A DNA stretch of 64,000 bases, taken from assembly GCF_022045235.1 (NCBI RefSeq), contig NW_027266341.1:23002001-23066000 (forward strand). Direction: 5' to 3'. The stretch's first letter is position 1. Each line of letters opens with the position of its first letter. Of this stretch, positions 36,524-51,400 are shown in pieces. The stretch is from Haliotis cracherodii. Taxonomy: Eukaryota. The notes beneath the pieces are model-generated. The model saw nothing but the letters and a program-made list of their open reading frames with translations. It was not told the DNA's origin and searched no databases. The position numbers and the translations under genes are program-made.

Positions 36524-39250
36524 AGCCAAGGTTTTCTGGTCTATTGATGAGTATGATGTCATATTTTTGAATGTTGCAAAAGATGCTCCCGTGACTGCTG
36601 TGGTATCCATTGCATGGGAGTCGTCAACAGTAAAACTAAGTTCTCGTTTAATCTTCCTTTTCAGTTTATCTATTTCATTTTCATAAGGTTTATTTGGTGA
36701 AACTCCTGTTTCCATGGTTTCAACATTGTCCACAGTGTAAGCAGCTTGGGTCTGCATCTTCTCCTTCAATGTCTGTCGACGTTCTTTGTCAATTTTCTTG
36801 ATAATGCAAATTGTTATGATGACAGCTACACATAGCACGGAGGTAACACACACTAATGTTATTACAATGGCAATATATTGGTGTGCATCATTATCAATAA
36901 TAAACGGAAGAGAGGCGTTTGATGCAGTTATGATGATATTGAGATTAGCATAAGACGTCAACTGAGGTTCGCCTGAATCATGAGCGGCTACAACAAGTTT
37001 GTATGTACCAGTGTCTGTTGAATGCATTTCCTTCGCGATATACATCTCCCCAGAATGTAGATTTAAGAAGAAGAGTTCCTTGTCATTGCCCTGTTCAATT
37101 GTATAGGTCAGTTTAGCGTTGTCTTCGGTGTCGTTGTCAAAAGCTTGGATGACAAGAATAATACTTCCGACAGCTCGGTGGTAAGGGACATACACAGTGT
37201 TGTTGATGTCACTTGGAAACACGACAATCGGAGTATTATCATTCCAGTCCTTAATGAATACTGTCACGTTAGCTTTGTCTTTAAACTGTGAATTATTCGG
37301 GTCGCTTACGACAACACCAAAGTCAAATCTGAGATGATCTTCTCGGTCAAGTCTCTCTTTGTTTCTAATTATTCCAGTGTTGCTATCGATGGAGAAATAT
37401 TTTGAAACATTGGATCTTTCAGAAAAAGAAAAGGAGAAATTTTGGTCGACATCACGATCTGTGGCGTTCAATTTGCCAATGACAGAATTGGCATGTTGGC
37501 TCTCCGACACATAAAAACGGAAATGGGGTAATGTGAACCGTGGAGGTTTGTCGTTGTCATCATCAATGAACACACTGAGAACTGCTGTAGATGATAAGCG
37601 ACTGTCCTTCGCATCTTCAGCTTTCACAGTTATTGTAAATGATGGCATCGATTCACGATCATAGATCTTTGCTGCACGGACCTCTCCTGATCTTGAATCT
37701 AGGTTTACCAAGTCCCTCGGATCACTTATGATGGAATAAAGAACTTCATTGTTGCCTGGGCCGTCTGGATCAGTTGCAGTCAAAATGGTGACAATATCAC
37801 TGTAGCGGTTATTTTCCCTTATGTGGGCATTTATTCTGTCACTGTTGAAAGAGGGCGGATTGTCATTAACGTCCTTCACCTTTACTGTGAATGAAGATGA
37901 ATTTTTACGAGGAACAATTCCGCCATCTTCACATGTGATATTTACAGTATGAGTTGGGGATTCTTCATAATCCAGTGACCTATTCAGTAGAATTTTGTAG
38001 TAGTCAAAATCTGAAAACTTTTGAAGGACAAAATGATTGTCATGGATTTGACAAGACACTTTGCCATTATTACCACTATCAGCATCAAAAACAGATACAT
38101 GAGCTATGAAGGTACCACGTTCTGTGTCTTCAGAAATATCCTTGCTACTGGGGGGCATATTGATAATAATTTGTGGGGCATTATCATCAACATCTGCAAT
38201 GTGAACAGTGACTGTAGCCTGTGAAGATCGGGATGGGTTTCCAAGATCACTCACTTCAACTCGAAAACGATATTCTTTTTCTTCCTCGTAATCTAACTTT
38301 TTCCTAGGGGAGAGTTCACCACTGTCTTTATCAATTGTAAAAACATTTTTAACATTTTCGCTTGTGCGGTCACTGAATTTGTAAGCTAGTTGCCCATTTT
38401 CATCAGAATCAGGATCAGTAGCGGTGAGAATTAGGATGACTGTACGCATTGGTGTATCCTCAGGTACAGTGACATTGAACTCCTCTTTCACAAACAGTGG
38501 TCGATTGTCATTAACATCGGCAACCACCACATTGATAGTCACAGATCCTGACCTTTGTGGATAGCCACCATCTTTGGCAACCACTGCCATGCTGAAAGAA
38601 CTCCGTGTTTCACGATCCAGAGACTGTTTAACTACAAGTCCAAGGTCTGCTGGACCATACGAGTTTTCAATTACTTTGAGTCCAAACATGCCATCACTTG
38701 GGATGAGTTCGTAAGACTCAACGGAATTGTTTTCACCAGTGTCCAGGTCCACAGCACCACTGGTAAGCAACTCTTGATTCACAGCCACAGACTCCGGCAC
38801 AGTTAGTGTCACCACATTTTTGGGGAAAGTCGGAGCATTATCGTTGATATCGAGTAAATTGATATTGACACGAATAATCGTCTTCAAATCAGGAGTTTCT
38901 GTGTTGCCTTTGACCATGTAAACTTCCACATCGATGCTGAGAGTGCACAACTTCTTGCCACGGCATTCGTCTTCTCGGTCCAAACGCTCAGTTGTTCTTA
39001 TGGTACTGGATGATGCATCAATACTAAACTTTTTAGCAACCTTGCTAGCTTGAGTGAATAAAGAATATCTCAAAAGTTGGAAATCTGAAGGGCTGTAGGA
39101 GGTATACAACTTACTATCCCTTGCAATATTTCCAACAAATGTATCTGGATTTTGCTCCTCTTGAAGGTCATAGTTCAATGTCAACTCTTTACAAAACACA
39201 GTCTGAATCAAAGTCACATGGACCAAAATATAACACCACAAAAAACCCAT
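36524..39250 (-). CDS. Protocadherin main coding exon: signal peptide, 7 cadherin repeats, transmembrane helix, proximal cytoplasmic region (909 codons)
   Basis: ATG at 39250 (MGFLWCYILVHVTLIQTVFC signal). Six DxNDN-type linkers (DINDN, DVNDN, DVDDN, DVNDN, DDNDK, DWNDN), LDRE/LDYE and AxDxD motifs, TM YIAIVITLVCVTSVLCVAVIITICII. Donor GCT|GTAAGT at 36524/36523. Confidence 0.96.
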
Positions 39251-39484
39251 CTTAAAAAATTGAAGTGGTACTTTCTCCAGAGTAATATGACCTTTTACTT
39301 CCACTCAGTAATTATGTCTATCCACGGCTTAATAACTCCTTTCAACTCCACATTTTCTCCTTAGCAAACTCTGCTAGTAGTGTCGTCTGCTACAACCAGT
39401 GTTCTGCTACAAGTGTTGTCTGCTGGTGTCTTAAGCCGTCTGCTTTGCTGTCCAACACAAGGGGGAGGCTACATGTGGGCTGGT
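39251..39484 (-). other. 5'-UTR part of the main exon, downstream of a splice acceptor at 39485/39484
   Basis: ATCTTTATGTTTGCAG|ACC on the minus strand. This implies upstream non-coding exon(s) that I could not locate. Confidence 0.5.
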
Positions 39485-42400
39485 CTGCAAACATAAAGAT
39501 ACAATTGTCAACAACAGGTCTCACTGTTGACTATCCTGACATGGAGATACATTTCACGTCTGCCGTAAGGCCAACTCGTTGCTAATGAAGCTAGCAGGTT
39601 CATCGATTCCTAAAATGCTCACCTGCAAAAAAGACATATCTATAAAACACACTTGGGTATCCCTTTCACTTGTAACTGGAAACCTGGCTAGAAATAATGG
39701 CTATTAAAAATTAACAAACCTGCCCTGACAGCAAGTTTTTAACAGTCTTTCTTTCATATATGATACACTGCTCTGCCAGTTCAGTGCAGGGATTGCTCAA
39801 TTTACTTTAAAAATACATTAATCTCATTTGTATAGGTGACAGTAAGTACAAAAGATTTAAACACAGAAGCATCATACAATACTCATTGCAAATTTGACCC
39901 ACATAAAGTTGTTTTCATACCAGAATGTGTTTTGTAATCCATTTATACTGACCTGATACTATTATCGGGTAATCATTTTAAATACAAAGACTGACTGAAT
40001 TCAGAACTAAAATTTTATTTACTTTGTTGTAAGACCAAAATTGTATAAATATTATTTATGGACATTCATGCATTAGATGAAAACATCGTGTCTACTTACT
40101 GAATTACATTACTGCTAGAGTCTTAAAGTCCAGTGCCTCCTATGAACTAACTTAACACATGGAAGGTCATGTACTATATGTTATCTCCCTATAGCTGTTC
40201 CCACTGACCAATGGTAGCCCAGGCTGTCAATTTAACACACCTCTGGTCAGTGAGAATGGCACAAGCCTCTATTGATATGGTAATAGGCTGGTCAGTGAGG
40301 ATTGGACAATAGCCCATTCAAACCACTGGTCACTGATAATCTCATTGTCAACTTCACAAACACATTAGCCATCAAAAGTGCATTAACAAAACGTAGCATT
40401 TCTCTGCCTTTAAAATCCTTCATTACATTTCACTTGGGGTTAAGACACCCCGTCTCCCCTCCTGTTTGTGTGAATTAAAAGGTAATCGTGAGACAATCAG
40501 GAGAAATTCATACACCTTGTCCTTCCTACCTGTCAAGAACTAATGCCTCAAGATTGATGAAGGGGAGAATTTCCCTCATGTAACATTGCCTGCTTATTTT
40601 ACCTTTTCAGAGGATTAAATTTGACAGATATTACCTGAAACCTGATGCAGGAATCTGAAGGGGGGAATATGAGTTAGGTGTACATGTACCTGTTTTCACT
40701 TTCTCATCAGCTACACAAGGTGATAGTGCATGGCCATTAAAATTATGTCACAACAGGTGTAACAAACCTAGACAGATCTTGTCATCAGTTACATATCATA
40801 TGCCACTAGTTCTCCCATTCAGTCATCAATGCTATGTATTGCTTGCAATTTAATGCTAACTCAGCATATATTTTGTAAGTGATGTATCAGGCTAGGGTTA
40901 TGATTGTGTGTGGTTTTACTCCGCTTTCAGTAATATTCCGAAATGGAATATTCCATTGTACCCATGAGGGGAATCAAACCTGGGTTACCCACTAAGCTAC
41001 CTTTTATTGGAAAATCAGCCCAAATTGTACAAATAACATTGCAGGAAGCTTTAAATACTATCAGGTTTTTTTTATATAACCCCATCGTCAGTCTCATTAT
41101 GTAAATCATCTGGTACATCCTCTTTAAAGTTTATCAGCTATTTTCCTCCCAAATTGCAAAAAAATCTAATCTAATATTAAGGAAACTATTTACCAGTAGG
41201 AACTCATCATCATATAAATATGATAATCTTCTGCAACTAGCTGACCTTGAACTCAAACCAACAAGCCAGGACATATTTCACACAATTCTGCACTTATTTT
41301 CCACACTAATGTAAGAAATACCTTGAGACGAGACAGTTTCAAGTTCATTCCCTGAGGTGAACAGTTGACGAAGCGAGACAATTTTCAGCATCATTAGCCA
41401 AGTGTCTTCATATGTAATTATCGTCTAATTAAGACTCCACTGACTATCGACTTTCCCATCTCCCGCAAACAGGATCAGTAAAACCATGGCAATTGACCCA
41501 ATCAGCCCTTCAGAAGACAGGCCGCAATGTTTTACACTAGAGTGGAGTAACTCTTCACTACAAAGTGTTACATTTTCCCTCACTGTTAGCATTCAAATTG
41601 GTACTGACCAGTCTTCACTGGGGGCACAGCAGTCCCCGAGTTCCATAATAGCTACTGGGCTCTACCACCAATTATCTCACATCTCTGTATAAATTCACAA
41701 CAACAATCAACCTAGACTCCCAGCCTCTTTCCTAACCCTAGGCTAGGTTAACCAGTAATAGACACAAAAGTTATCTCATGATTTCAATTAATTTGAGTCA
41801 GGGTCTGTTCCCTGATTGAGACCCCTAAGGCAAGGGATGTACACCACATGGAGATGGGGAAAGATAGTGATTAAAGGGGACAGCCCCCTTACAACGATCT
41901 ACATAATCTCCAAATCTGACTTACCCCTGACCACCTCCACACAATACCTACTTATGGAAGTGTTATGGGGTAGATGGAACCAGGATCTTTTGGGTTGGGG
42001 GTCTTTGTATTCAACACCTGATAAATTGTACCTTCGATTTTCTCAACACTGAAGAAGATTTAGCTATTTGTTAAAGGATCAGTTTTAAAGAAATAGAAAA
42101 CAAAAAGTATTGGTTCACACTTTAGTTTGACACCTGTGGCATTTGGAACCAAGTGTGAAAATGATAGCTGTGAGATGTCCACAATAATCACATAAACACT
42201 GCATATTATACTGCAATGTAGCAATAAAAAATGGATATGGACACATCTGTCAAGTGCAATCCGGTTTCTCCTTGATTATCCAGCGTTTTAGATCTTTATG
42301 TTTGATAAATACCCTGAACGCATTCGCCACCATACCATCGTTCAGAAGTGACGTCATTTCCATCACACCTATCACTAATCTAGCAGAGAATTTCTTTCAG

Positions 42401-45400
42401 AGTAGTTGGATTTGAATGTTATCTGAAGACAACTGAAGATGCTTTCAGTTCAGATACAAATTTACCTACTTATGGTTTTTCAATTCATACCAGGTTTGTC
42501 TGGTCCAAATTCAATTATCTATGAACTGACACTATATATTTGTAAAAATGAGGCAAAAAATAATAATCCAATATTATAACTGTCATTAATCCTGTAGAAC
42601 AATTGACTAAGAGGTATAGAACTGAGGTTATATGCTTGAAACAGTAGTTCACCTACATCACTGTTAGTCAGAGGTATTAAAGCCAAAATGACAAAGAATA
42701 TACAAGCTTTCCACTAATTTTAAAATCCATTCATTTCGCAAACCTGGGATTCAAACCCACAATCTGCAGATCCTACAGGTAAGGGACATAACTCTCCACA
42801 GCATGTTCTGATCACTGGGTCACCAATGATCCCCCTTATACATGAATACTTTTAACCATAAATATGAGAGTACAAAAAAGTTAACTATCCCCACTCCTAT
42901 CATATAAATAGCCTTTGGATAGCTTTAAATTGTCTCATTTATGTAGAAATACAGAAGCATTGGCCATTGTGATCAGACACTTCTGGAGCTATAAACATAA
43001 TCTAATACAGGACTGATAACATCGAGACATATTTTATATCTTTAGTAAATATCACTTGACTTGTGACCCCGGGTTTTGAAGAAAGATACTCTTAAAGCCT
43101 CCTTGTATCCTACATAAGGGTATCTGGTATCTTGAAGTTTTATTACATTACACCATATCATGGACACCATTATCTTGTTGATTCTGTTGACATACTCGAC
43201 TGTAAATGATGTGACGTTTTTATCTCCTGCATAACTCGCGTACCAGACACTGTACTATGCTGCAGAAGAACAATCTACACATACCTGAAACGAGTTTCAC
43301 AGGTAAGATAAATAATCTGCACAAGGACAGGTAGATTTGATTAATGTCTTTGGAAAGGTGTTGAAAGTTGAGAAGAACTTTGAGAAATTGTAACACTATA
43401 TTTTCTTTGTGATGCCAAGTAAATAATAAAATCAGTTTAATTTGTCATGGTGAAATTAAATTCCATCAGCCTAACTAGTTGTTAACAACACAGAAATGAA
43501 TGCCCCTGTTTCCACCAAGAACTGAAGTTAATGAAAGACTGTTCATAACATCTAACAATAAGTAAGCAATGAATTTCTAATATTGAACTTTATTAAATTA
43601 CTTCTGAATATAAGTACAGAATCCTCAATGAAATGTACAATATAATCTATCTACATTTAATGTCCCAGTGATTGGAAATGATTGAAGTATCTAAATTTCT
43701 CAAGAACATCAGATATCTTAAGGTCTCTCTCTAATTGAAACCAGCTCCACAAACACAATCTCAATTCTCAAACCTTAAAACAACAACGAAGATGTTCATT
43801 ATCATTTAGAAGAAAGAATAGAACTAAATCCATTAGCAGAAAATATCAAGTACCTCTTGCAAAGGAAATCAAACCTGATAATGACAATATGACTACATTA
43901 GTAGGCGCTAGGGATTTGAAAGTATTTCTATGGACAGGGTGAAAGTAAATTTGCCTGAATGTATTGGGTTACTTCAAGCATTCTTGGGGCAAATTCTTCT
44001 GGGATAATGCAGCACAAATCTTTATTTGTTGTGGTCAGAGGACACTTGTTCATTCTTCACCACATAAGGGCACCTGCGTGGTTGTACGAAGACTAACACC
44101 TCTCTTGACTGGTTTCAAAACAGTTCAAGAGGACCATGAGCACTCATTCTAGAACCTGAATGTCTTTCAAAAACAGCCCAAGTGCTTCTTCTGGAATACT
44201 TAACAATTAATGATATTTAGCCCAGGTAGTGACTTTTACAGTTTTGAAGTTACAATTAAACCTAAAGCTGTTTGTCCAATTGGCCTATTCCAGTTGCATT
44301 GAGATAGCTCATAATTTAATGCAGCAGCAAACCATGTTCATTGAAACACAAAATACCTCCAAGTTCAAACATCTCACAAATATTATCAACTACACACATG
44401 AATGATTGTCTATTCAACATACACTGTATATGGCAATTTAGATTTATGACTGTCAACAATTACGCCTGAAAAAGCCACAACTAGATTAATCGACTGATAA
44501 TATTGTTCCACAAAGGTGGTGTCTGTGTAACATGTCAACGCTTGTGCCTCATGAATTTTGGCAAGAGATCAGGTATACTTTTCTAAAGAGTCGAATAGTG
44601 TTACATCAAATGTATAATGGTAATGGGTTCCATTTGATTAACCCCTAGGAAGACAGACATTATCAGGTGGTAGGGTTACCTGCAGGCTGTACAGGGTACT
44701 TTGGCAATGTCTCTGGATCGCATTGCACCCCTAGCTTCTGTTAACAGGCTCAAGTCAAGCAAAAAGCAGAGCTGGGGCACAGACGAGAATAATTTTTAAA
44801 AATATGTTGTTTTTTATTTTTGGGGATGGGTAAAGAATTTTTGGGGTGAAAAATAATATTGTTCAGATAATTTTGACCACCATTTCACTGATGACATGAT
44901 TTTTTAAAGGGTCATAGCAACAACAAAAAGAAAAAAGAAAGTCAAATACATTATGTACCTACCTCCTGAATATTTTTGGGGCAGACCTAAAAAGTTTTTA
45001 CTTTGAATAACCCATTATTAATATTGATTTAATCTGGAAGTAATATGTCTAAGAGATGATTTTTATATATTTAGAACAGACAAATGAGAAAGACTTAAGA
45101 ATGAGGTTTGCCCGTATACACTCACAAAGATCATACTTTCTTCAATCACAGTCCATTTCATGTTAAAACTGGTCAGGAAATACTCTAAGTAGCACTGACT
45201 TAAAAGCCGGATATCAAAGTATCTACTACAATTAGAAATCAGTGAAAATCAATTTTAAAGACCTTTAATGAAGATGTTAAGAACTTTAAGTGGAGAGGAC
45301 ATATGGCCATATTAGGGACATCAAAGACAACTCCAGCATTCTTCTGGTCTAAACCTGTTGTCTAATTTGGAAGGCTTTTAGCTTCCCTACTTATAAACCC

Positions 45401-48400
45401 CTGCAGGGATATCATAGAGGGACCTCTGAAGGCTTTAACAATGGACAGGTGAGAAAATCTCATCAGTACAGGTGAGCTAAAGACTTCACAAAGGTGAATT
45501 AATGAACAGGATGAGGAAAATGAGGAAGAGGGTGTAAAGTGTTAACAGATTCATCAAATGAAGACAGTTTGGTTGTCATTTTATGAGGTCTTTATACAAA
45601 CCATTTTACCTACAGAAAACTAATAAGATTCCCAAATATATACTTTTACATGTTCAAAGTTCAAATATTATTTGTATTCTGTTTGTTGACAAATAAGTTT
45701 TTCAACACACAATCTAAATACTAGGATGTCGTAACAATTTTATACAATTGTAAACTACTTATCATGGCATAATTCTTTAATTCAATGCCTAACTAAACAA
45801 GGCAATGTTTTGAAAAGCTAAGGGGCTTTCAAACCAATCCTAGTCAATAACGATCTATAAGCCATAACCAAAATAACATATATAAATGCAAAATATCAAC
45901 ACACAAGCAAAACATGAACTGCTCCACAAATACTTTTCATATCCTCATCAATAGAATTTCCTGTCCTTCCTTCGACCCACAGGATGAAAATACCCCAGGG
46001 AGGTACTTTTGTACAATGAAACCAACAAACTCCTACTACAAACAGCTCTGCTAGCTTCTAATGAGCTAAAAGTCCACACAAAGTGGATCAAAATACTACC
46101 TAATGTTCACCGGCTTGTAAAAGATCCAGGTTTCCTGCGAGTACTATATGTGCAGCGTGCCCTCAGCAATTGCTGATGGCAATGTTTGAGATTAACAGAG
46201 CCTCAAAGGTGATGAAAATGAACTTCTAAAGAAGAGCAACAGTTGCGGCGAAAAACCTTGTCTATAGAATTCAGAGATTTATCTCACCTTTCCTGAATAC
46301 ATGGATTTGCTCGACTTCTTTCATCAGCCTACCATGGGGTCCATTGCTAGTTTAATGGTTGTCTTTGTTCACAAACAAGACCTATAAAAACAAATTCATC
46401 TGTCTTGTTTTGCAGCCACCTGTCCATTGTTGGCTTACTTGTTTGATGTCTTGATATTAGGCTAATTAAATCACAACATCGTTAAATTAGAGCTGGTTAC
46501 AGGTAATTAACACACACTTGCTACTTACATACTTACTAGCGTACACATTGTGTGACAACACCACATCTATTATCACCCACATAAGCAACCATCTGTCATG
46601 ACAGAGCCATGGAATATTCATATCACTATTAACATCTAGATATAATGTGACTCACTCATTCAATGATGTCAGACAAGATAGAATAAATGATGAAATTGTG
46701 ACTTTATGATCAGATAAAAGATTAATGGTATAAACCTTTTGAATTCAGCTGAACTGCAACTTCTGATGATTGAAGGATTAGAATACAAGAGCATTGTAAC
46801 AGACAGTAGTTGCAACCATTAGAATCTGATGGCATCCCACCTTTCCAAAATGATGGCAGGTGAGGAATTATGTAAATACAACGTATCAAACAGCTCACCT
46901 TGGCAGTATTGAACAATGCTATCTTCAACCATAGAGGTCAATATGGATCCAGAAAGGATGATATACAGTATATAACCCAAATACGACTCACACCCTCCAT
47001 AGTCTGTCTATCCCTTCCAGACACAACTGGGGATACGCATGTATACACACCAGCTAGCTGGTCAATACAAGCCTGCAACAGTGTCTATACCCTCCCTGCA
47101 ATATATCCGTATAACATCCGGTGAATAAAGGATAGAGGCTGGAACATACGCTTGTATACACACATCTCTGTGAATGCTGTATGACATGCTTGTAGGCACA
47201 TCACACAAACCCCTAGTGTTGAGCAGGGGTGACATTGGATATTCACTGACAGACAGGAGTCTAGTACCTACACTTAGACTAAATGGCTGGAATGACATGG
47301 GTACACATTATGAAACTTAATACTCCCACCAACCTTGAACACTTCTAAAGAGAACAACAGACACATAGAATAATATTCAATACAAACGGACAGTCCATAT
47401 TTAATTAATCATAACATGATATACTGTTTATTTACACTGTTACAGGTACAGGAGATTGAACTCAAGTTTCAACAGAAAGAGACATAACTACATGTTGAGA
47501 TAACCAGAACAGGTGTTGAATGTTTTGCTTCTTTGTGATATGTATAAGCTACAATGTTACAGCAAGTTGAGACACCTTGAGGTGATACAGTATATATTAG
47601 TAATATCAGCTAGCAATCTATGAAACACGAGTCATGAGTCACATGGGGTCCCAAAAATCTGTCTATACTGTCTTTTAGTCGTGACCCATCTCCAGGAGTA
47701 ACCACCATGAACACTTTATTGCCAGCTTTTTCACAAAAGCACAAAAAATACTTCACCCATTAAATAGAGTACCTGAGTAACAGTGGGTGACTTGTGTTTA
47801 ATGTCGCTTCTAACAGTATTCCAGTTATAACACTGTCAGCCTAATGTGGGAGGAAAACCTGAGAAATTTAAAATTGTTAATGTCACTGTTGAGTTTAGCT
47901 TCAGATAAAGTTTATTCTATAAACACTGCTTCATTGCAAAAGTAGACTTAAAAAGGCTGAAATCATCTGTTTATATCAAAGTAGATGTAACAGATACATA
48001 AACATGTAAAAAATAATGAGTTCTTTTTTTCTAATTTTATGCAAACTATTCATGATCTCCTCCCATGTGAAGATGGGGTATGGTGGCAACAGCACTGAAT
48101 GTTGTAGCAGACATTTTATACTATGAATATTGTTTTTAATTACATCCGTATGCACAGATGTGAAATATGTCATTGAAAGTGACCTAGTTCATTGTGCGTT
48201 CTGCCCATGTACCATGAAGGCCATTATTAGATACACAATTAACCATATGTCTCAAACTGGTGTATACCTGTACAATATTTGCCGTGACATGTGGGTGTGA
48301 CTGCAGAGGCTATATAGAAGCATTCAAACAGATCAATAATTATGTATTCTAGTTCAATTTCACATCATTGAAATACTCTAAAATATTTAGGTACAGAAAG

Positions 48401-51400
48401 AATTCTAGTCTTATTAAAAATATTGCAAACCATTCTTCAACTACCACGTTTGTATCAAAAGACACAAATTATTAAAAAGGTTAAACTTATTCCAGTCTGT
48501 ACCAAATTTTAGAACTTTTGGGATTATTTAAATCAAATTTCCTAATTAGGTAAACAACCGCTACCTAAATCATCTCAACCAACTTTTACACAAGATTTTA
48601 TGGGGTGAAGGAGATCTTTATCACAATGGATATAACAGCAACTAGTTTCTATGGAGCTAAGTCTTGGAACATAATTAGAAATAAACCAAATTCATACATC
48701 TATCACTGTTCAAAGAAAATGAAATGCACACTCAAATTATTGTAACAATTGCATGTCTTGTTTATCAAAATTGATTCACAAATAAACATTCTATAGTTAA
48801 GCTAAACATCATATAAAGTCCTTTAAACACTTCATTACAGCCCTGTTATAAGATAAGTACTTTCACAATGTGTTTACTTACTCTGATTGCGAAGCCTAAC
48901 CTTGCCAGTTTCTGTTCATCCAAACGTCAAGATGTGAGCAAGTACTCCACTTTATGCTAGCACACACACTACCATAACAGAAGCAGTATAGATCCACAAG
49001 GCTCTATCTTCTCAAGGGCACTGTGTACCAACAGGTAACCATAGATTTCCTATATATGATCCAGGTAGGTGTGAATACCCTGATTAACATGTAGGTACAG
49101 GTACATCAACACCTAATTAGTTCCCAACCAGATTAGCCCTCCTGTCAATGTTTATGCAGCTATTCCACCAGAAGCCTGTGGTCGTGCTGTCCTCACGTAA
49201 TTATGCATGAGGCAACATGTGGCATAATGCTTCCAATTCGTCAATACTTCATTTTATTGATAAATGGACTAAACTTGATAACTTAACCCCTACAAACGTG
49301 CACAGTCGGAGGTTCCATAGTATTTTCTTTACATCTGTCTCAAAATACGAATATCCCATGGGATACTTTGATGTTAACATTATTCTTTTTGATATTTTCA
49401 TGTTTTCAATTGTGAACAAAAGCGTGACATTTGTCAATGGTGCAACAGCTTGTTCAGAATTAGTGGTACTTGTCGCAGTTAGCATTATTATGAGGACTTA
49501 AATGAGCAAATAGGAAACACATGGGTCTTAACAAGAGCGTTTAACAAAAGAAAAGGATATCGATTCATACTGACTTTGTGGATCTTAATATATTTCTTTA
49601 TGGCATATTTAGATAGCGATGCATGCACAATTTCTCATTGTGAAAGTATTACTAAAGCTGGTTGATGAAAGAAGTCGATGGCTCAGCCGGAAAATTCAGT
49701 GCAGGAGAAAAATCCACAATTTATTTGTCTGCTAAAACTCATTATATTTACCATTATCCCTGTTTACGAGAACTGAAATGGAAATTTATGGAGTTGAAGA
49801 ACAGTTTCTTGGAATAAAAGCACGAAAGGCATCTAAGTACATAGACTACATGGAGCAGATAAATATCAAAACACTTTCTGATAATGTCAGAAACATAATA
49901 CTTGCAAATTTACAGTCAAATCAAAAGAGATTATATTTATAAATTAGCAGTGATATGCAAATAACTGCCTAAATGTATTAAAACAGCTTCTTCTGATTTT
50001 GTCTGAAAAGAACCCCATAACACACTTAAATTCAAACTAAAAGGAGCTTACATTTTATAATTAGTAAGGATGCACAAATTGATGAATACAACTAATCCCA
50101 AACATGCTGCCTAACTGGATTAACAGTTTGCTAATCAGTTCTAATACTGTAGTTGAAATCCAGATCAAGCACAGCCTCTCTTTGATGCTGACAATTTGCC
50201 TAAGTTATCAAGTATTCGGCAGCCTACATCAAAGAAGGTAGAATGGAAATCTCGCCAACACAATTGTACAATTTAATGTTCTCCAAGCATGCAAAATTTC
50301 ATTAAATTCTGGCAGAACATATAACATTGATGATCCAACATGGAATTGCTTTTGATGTTTTTAGAAACATTGGCAGCAATACTGTTACAGAAAGGGTGTA
50401 AAGTGAGGAACTTTAGAATCCAGCAACACATTGATAATTGTAAAATAAGCATATTCTTCTTGGATTAAGTGATATCATCATTCCTGAATAAACATACAAG
50501 TTGTTGAATATGAACCAACATAATTTAAGTTAGATATTTGGGTTTCCTTACAAATGTTATATACATAAAAAGACCCTAGGACTTGAATCATTAATCAATA
50601 ATTCAAATGATAACCTTTAAAAAATACTGTTCCACAAAGCTCAAATATGATAACACATTTTATCTGGTGTTTCATACAATTCTCTTTAGGTTCAATCATT
50701 TATTTAAACAGCTTATTAAAAAGACAATCTACAACCATTAATGAATAATACAAGAACTCCACCGTTGAGAATCTGTATTTCCGTTTATCTCATTCAAATT
50801 AAATTTTCAATTTCGCCAGTTATGATTTTGGGCACTGTGTTTGACAGATAAGAGTAACAAGATACACTTTGACACTTGAACTGAACAGAATCAGTCTAAC
50901 GTGCCAAGCAAAGGGACATGAAGATAATCTTGCTCTCTCTAATAAAAAAATCAAATAAGGTAATTCAGCCCCTGCTCTCTCCATCTGCCAAATTCCAACA
51001 AATTTACAGGGATGACACCAAATGAGGATTAGACATGGCAGCCAGAATCATGTCTGTGTCTAAACATAGAATTTATCATAATTCCTTGACATACAGGAAG
51101 TGACTATCCTTACCAAGTTGGAAAACTCACGTCTGGCAAATTAGGGCTGGAACTGATATGCTGGCTGCAACTCCCGGCCAATATAGAAGCAGGGGTATTA
51201 TGGAGTCACATACAAAGTCATTAATGGATGGAGCTCCAGGTTCCCCTCCTTCTTATGCTGACCTAGGCTATTAGGAAACAATGGCCCTCCCACATCACTT
51301 AAACACTTGATTAAATATCCACCAACCCAACACTCAAAGAACAATACCAAACAAAGTGTCTCTAAACCTTGCACCCTCCTGATCAGTTTTCCTCACCTGA

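Noticed and set aside
39251-39304. ORF-track start MEVKGH...
   Set aside because: It is a GTG codon. The first in-frame ATG at 39250 directly begins the signal peptide.
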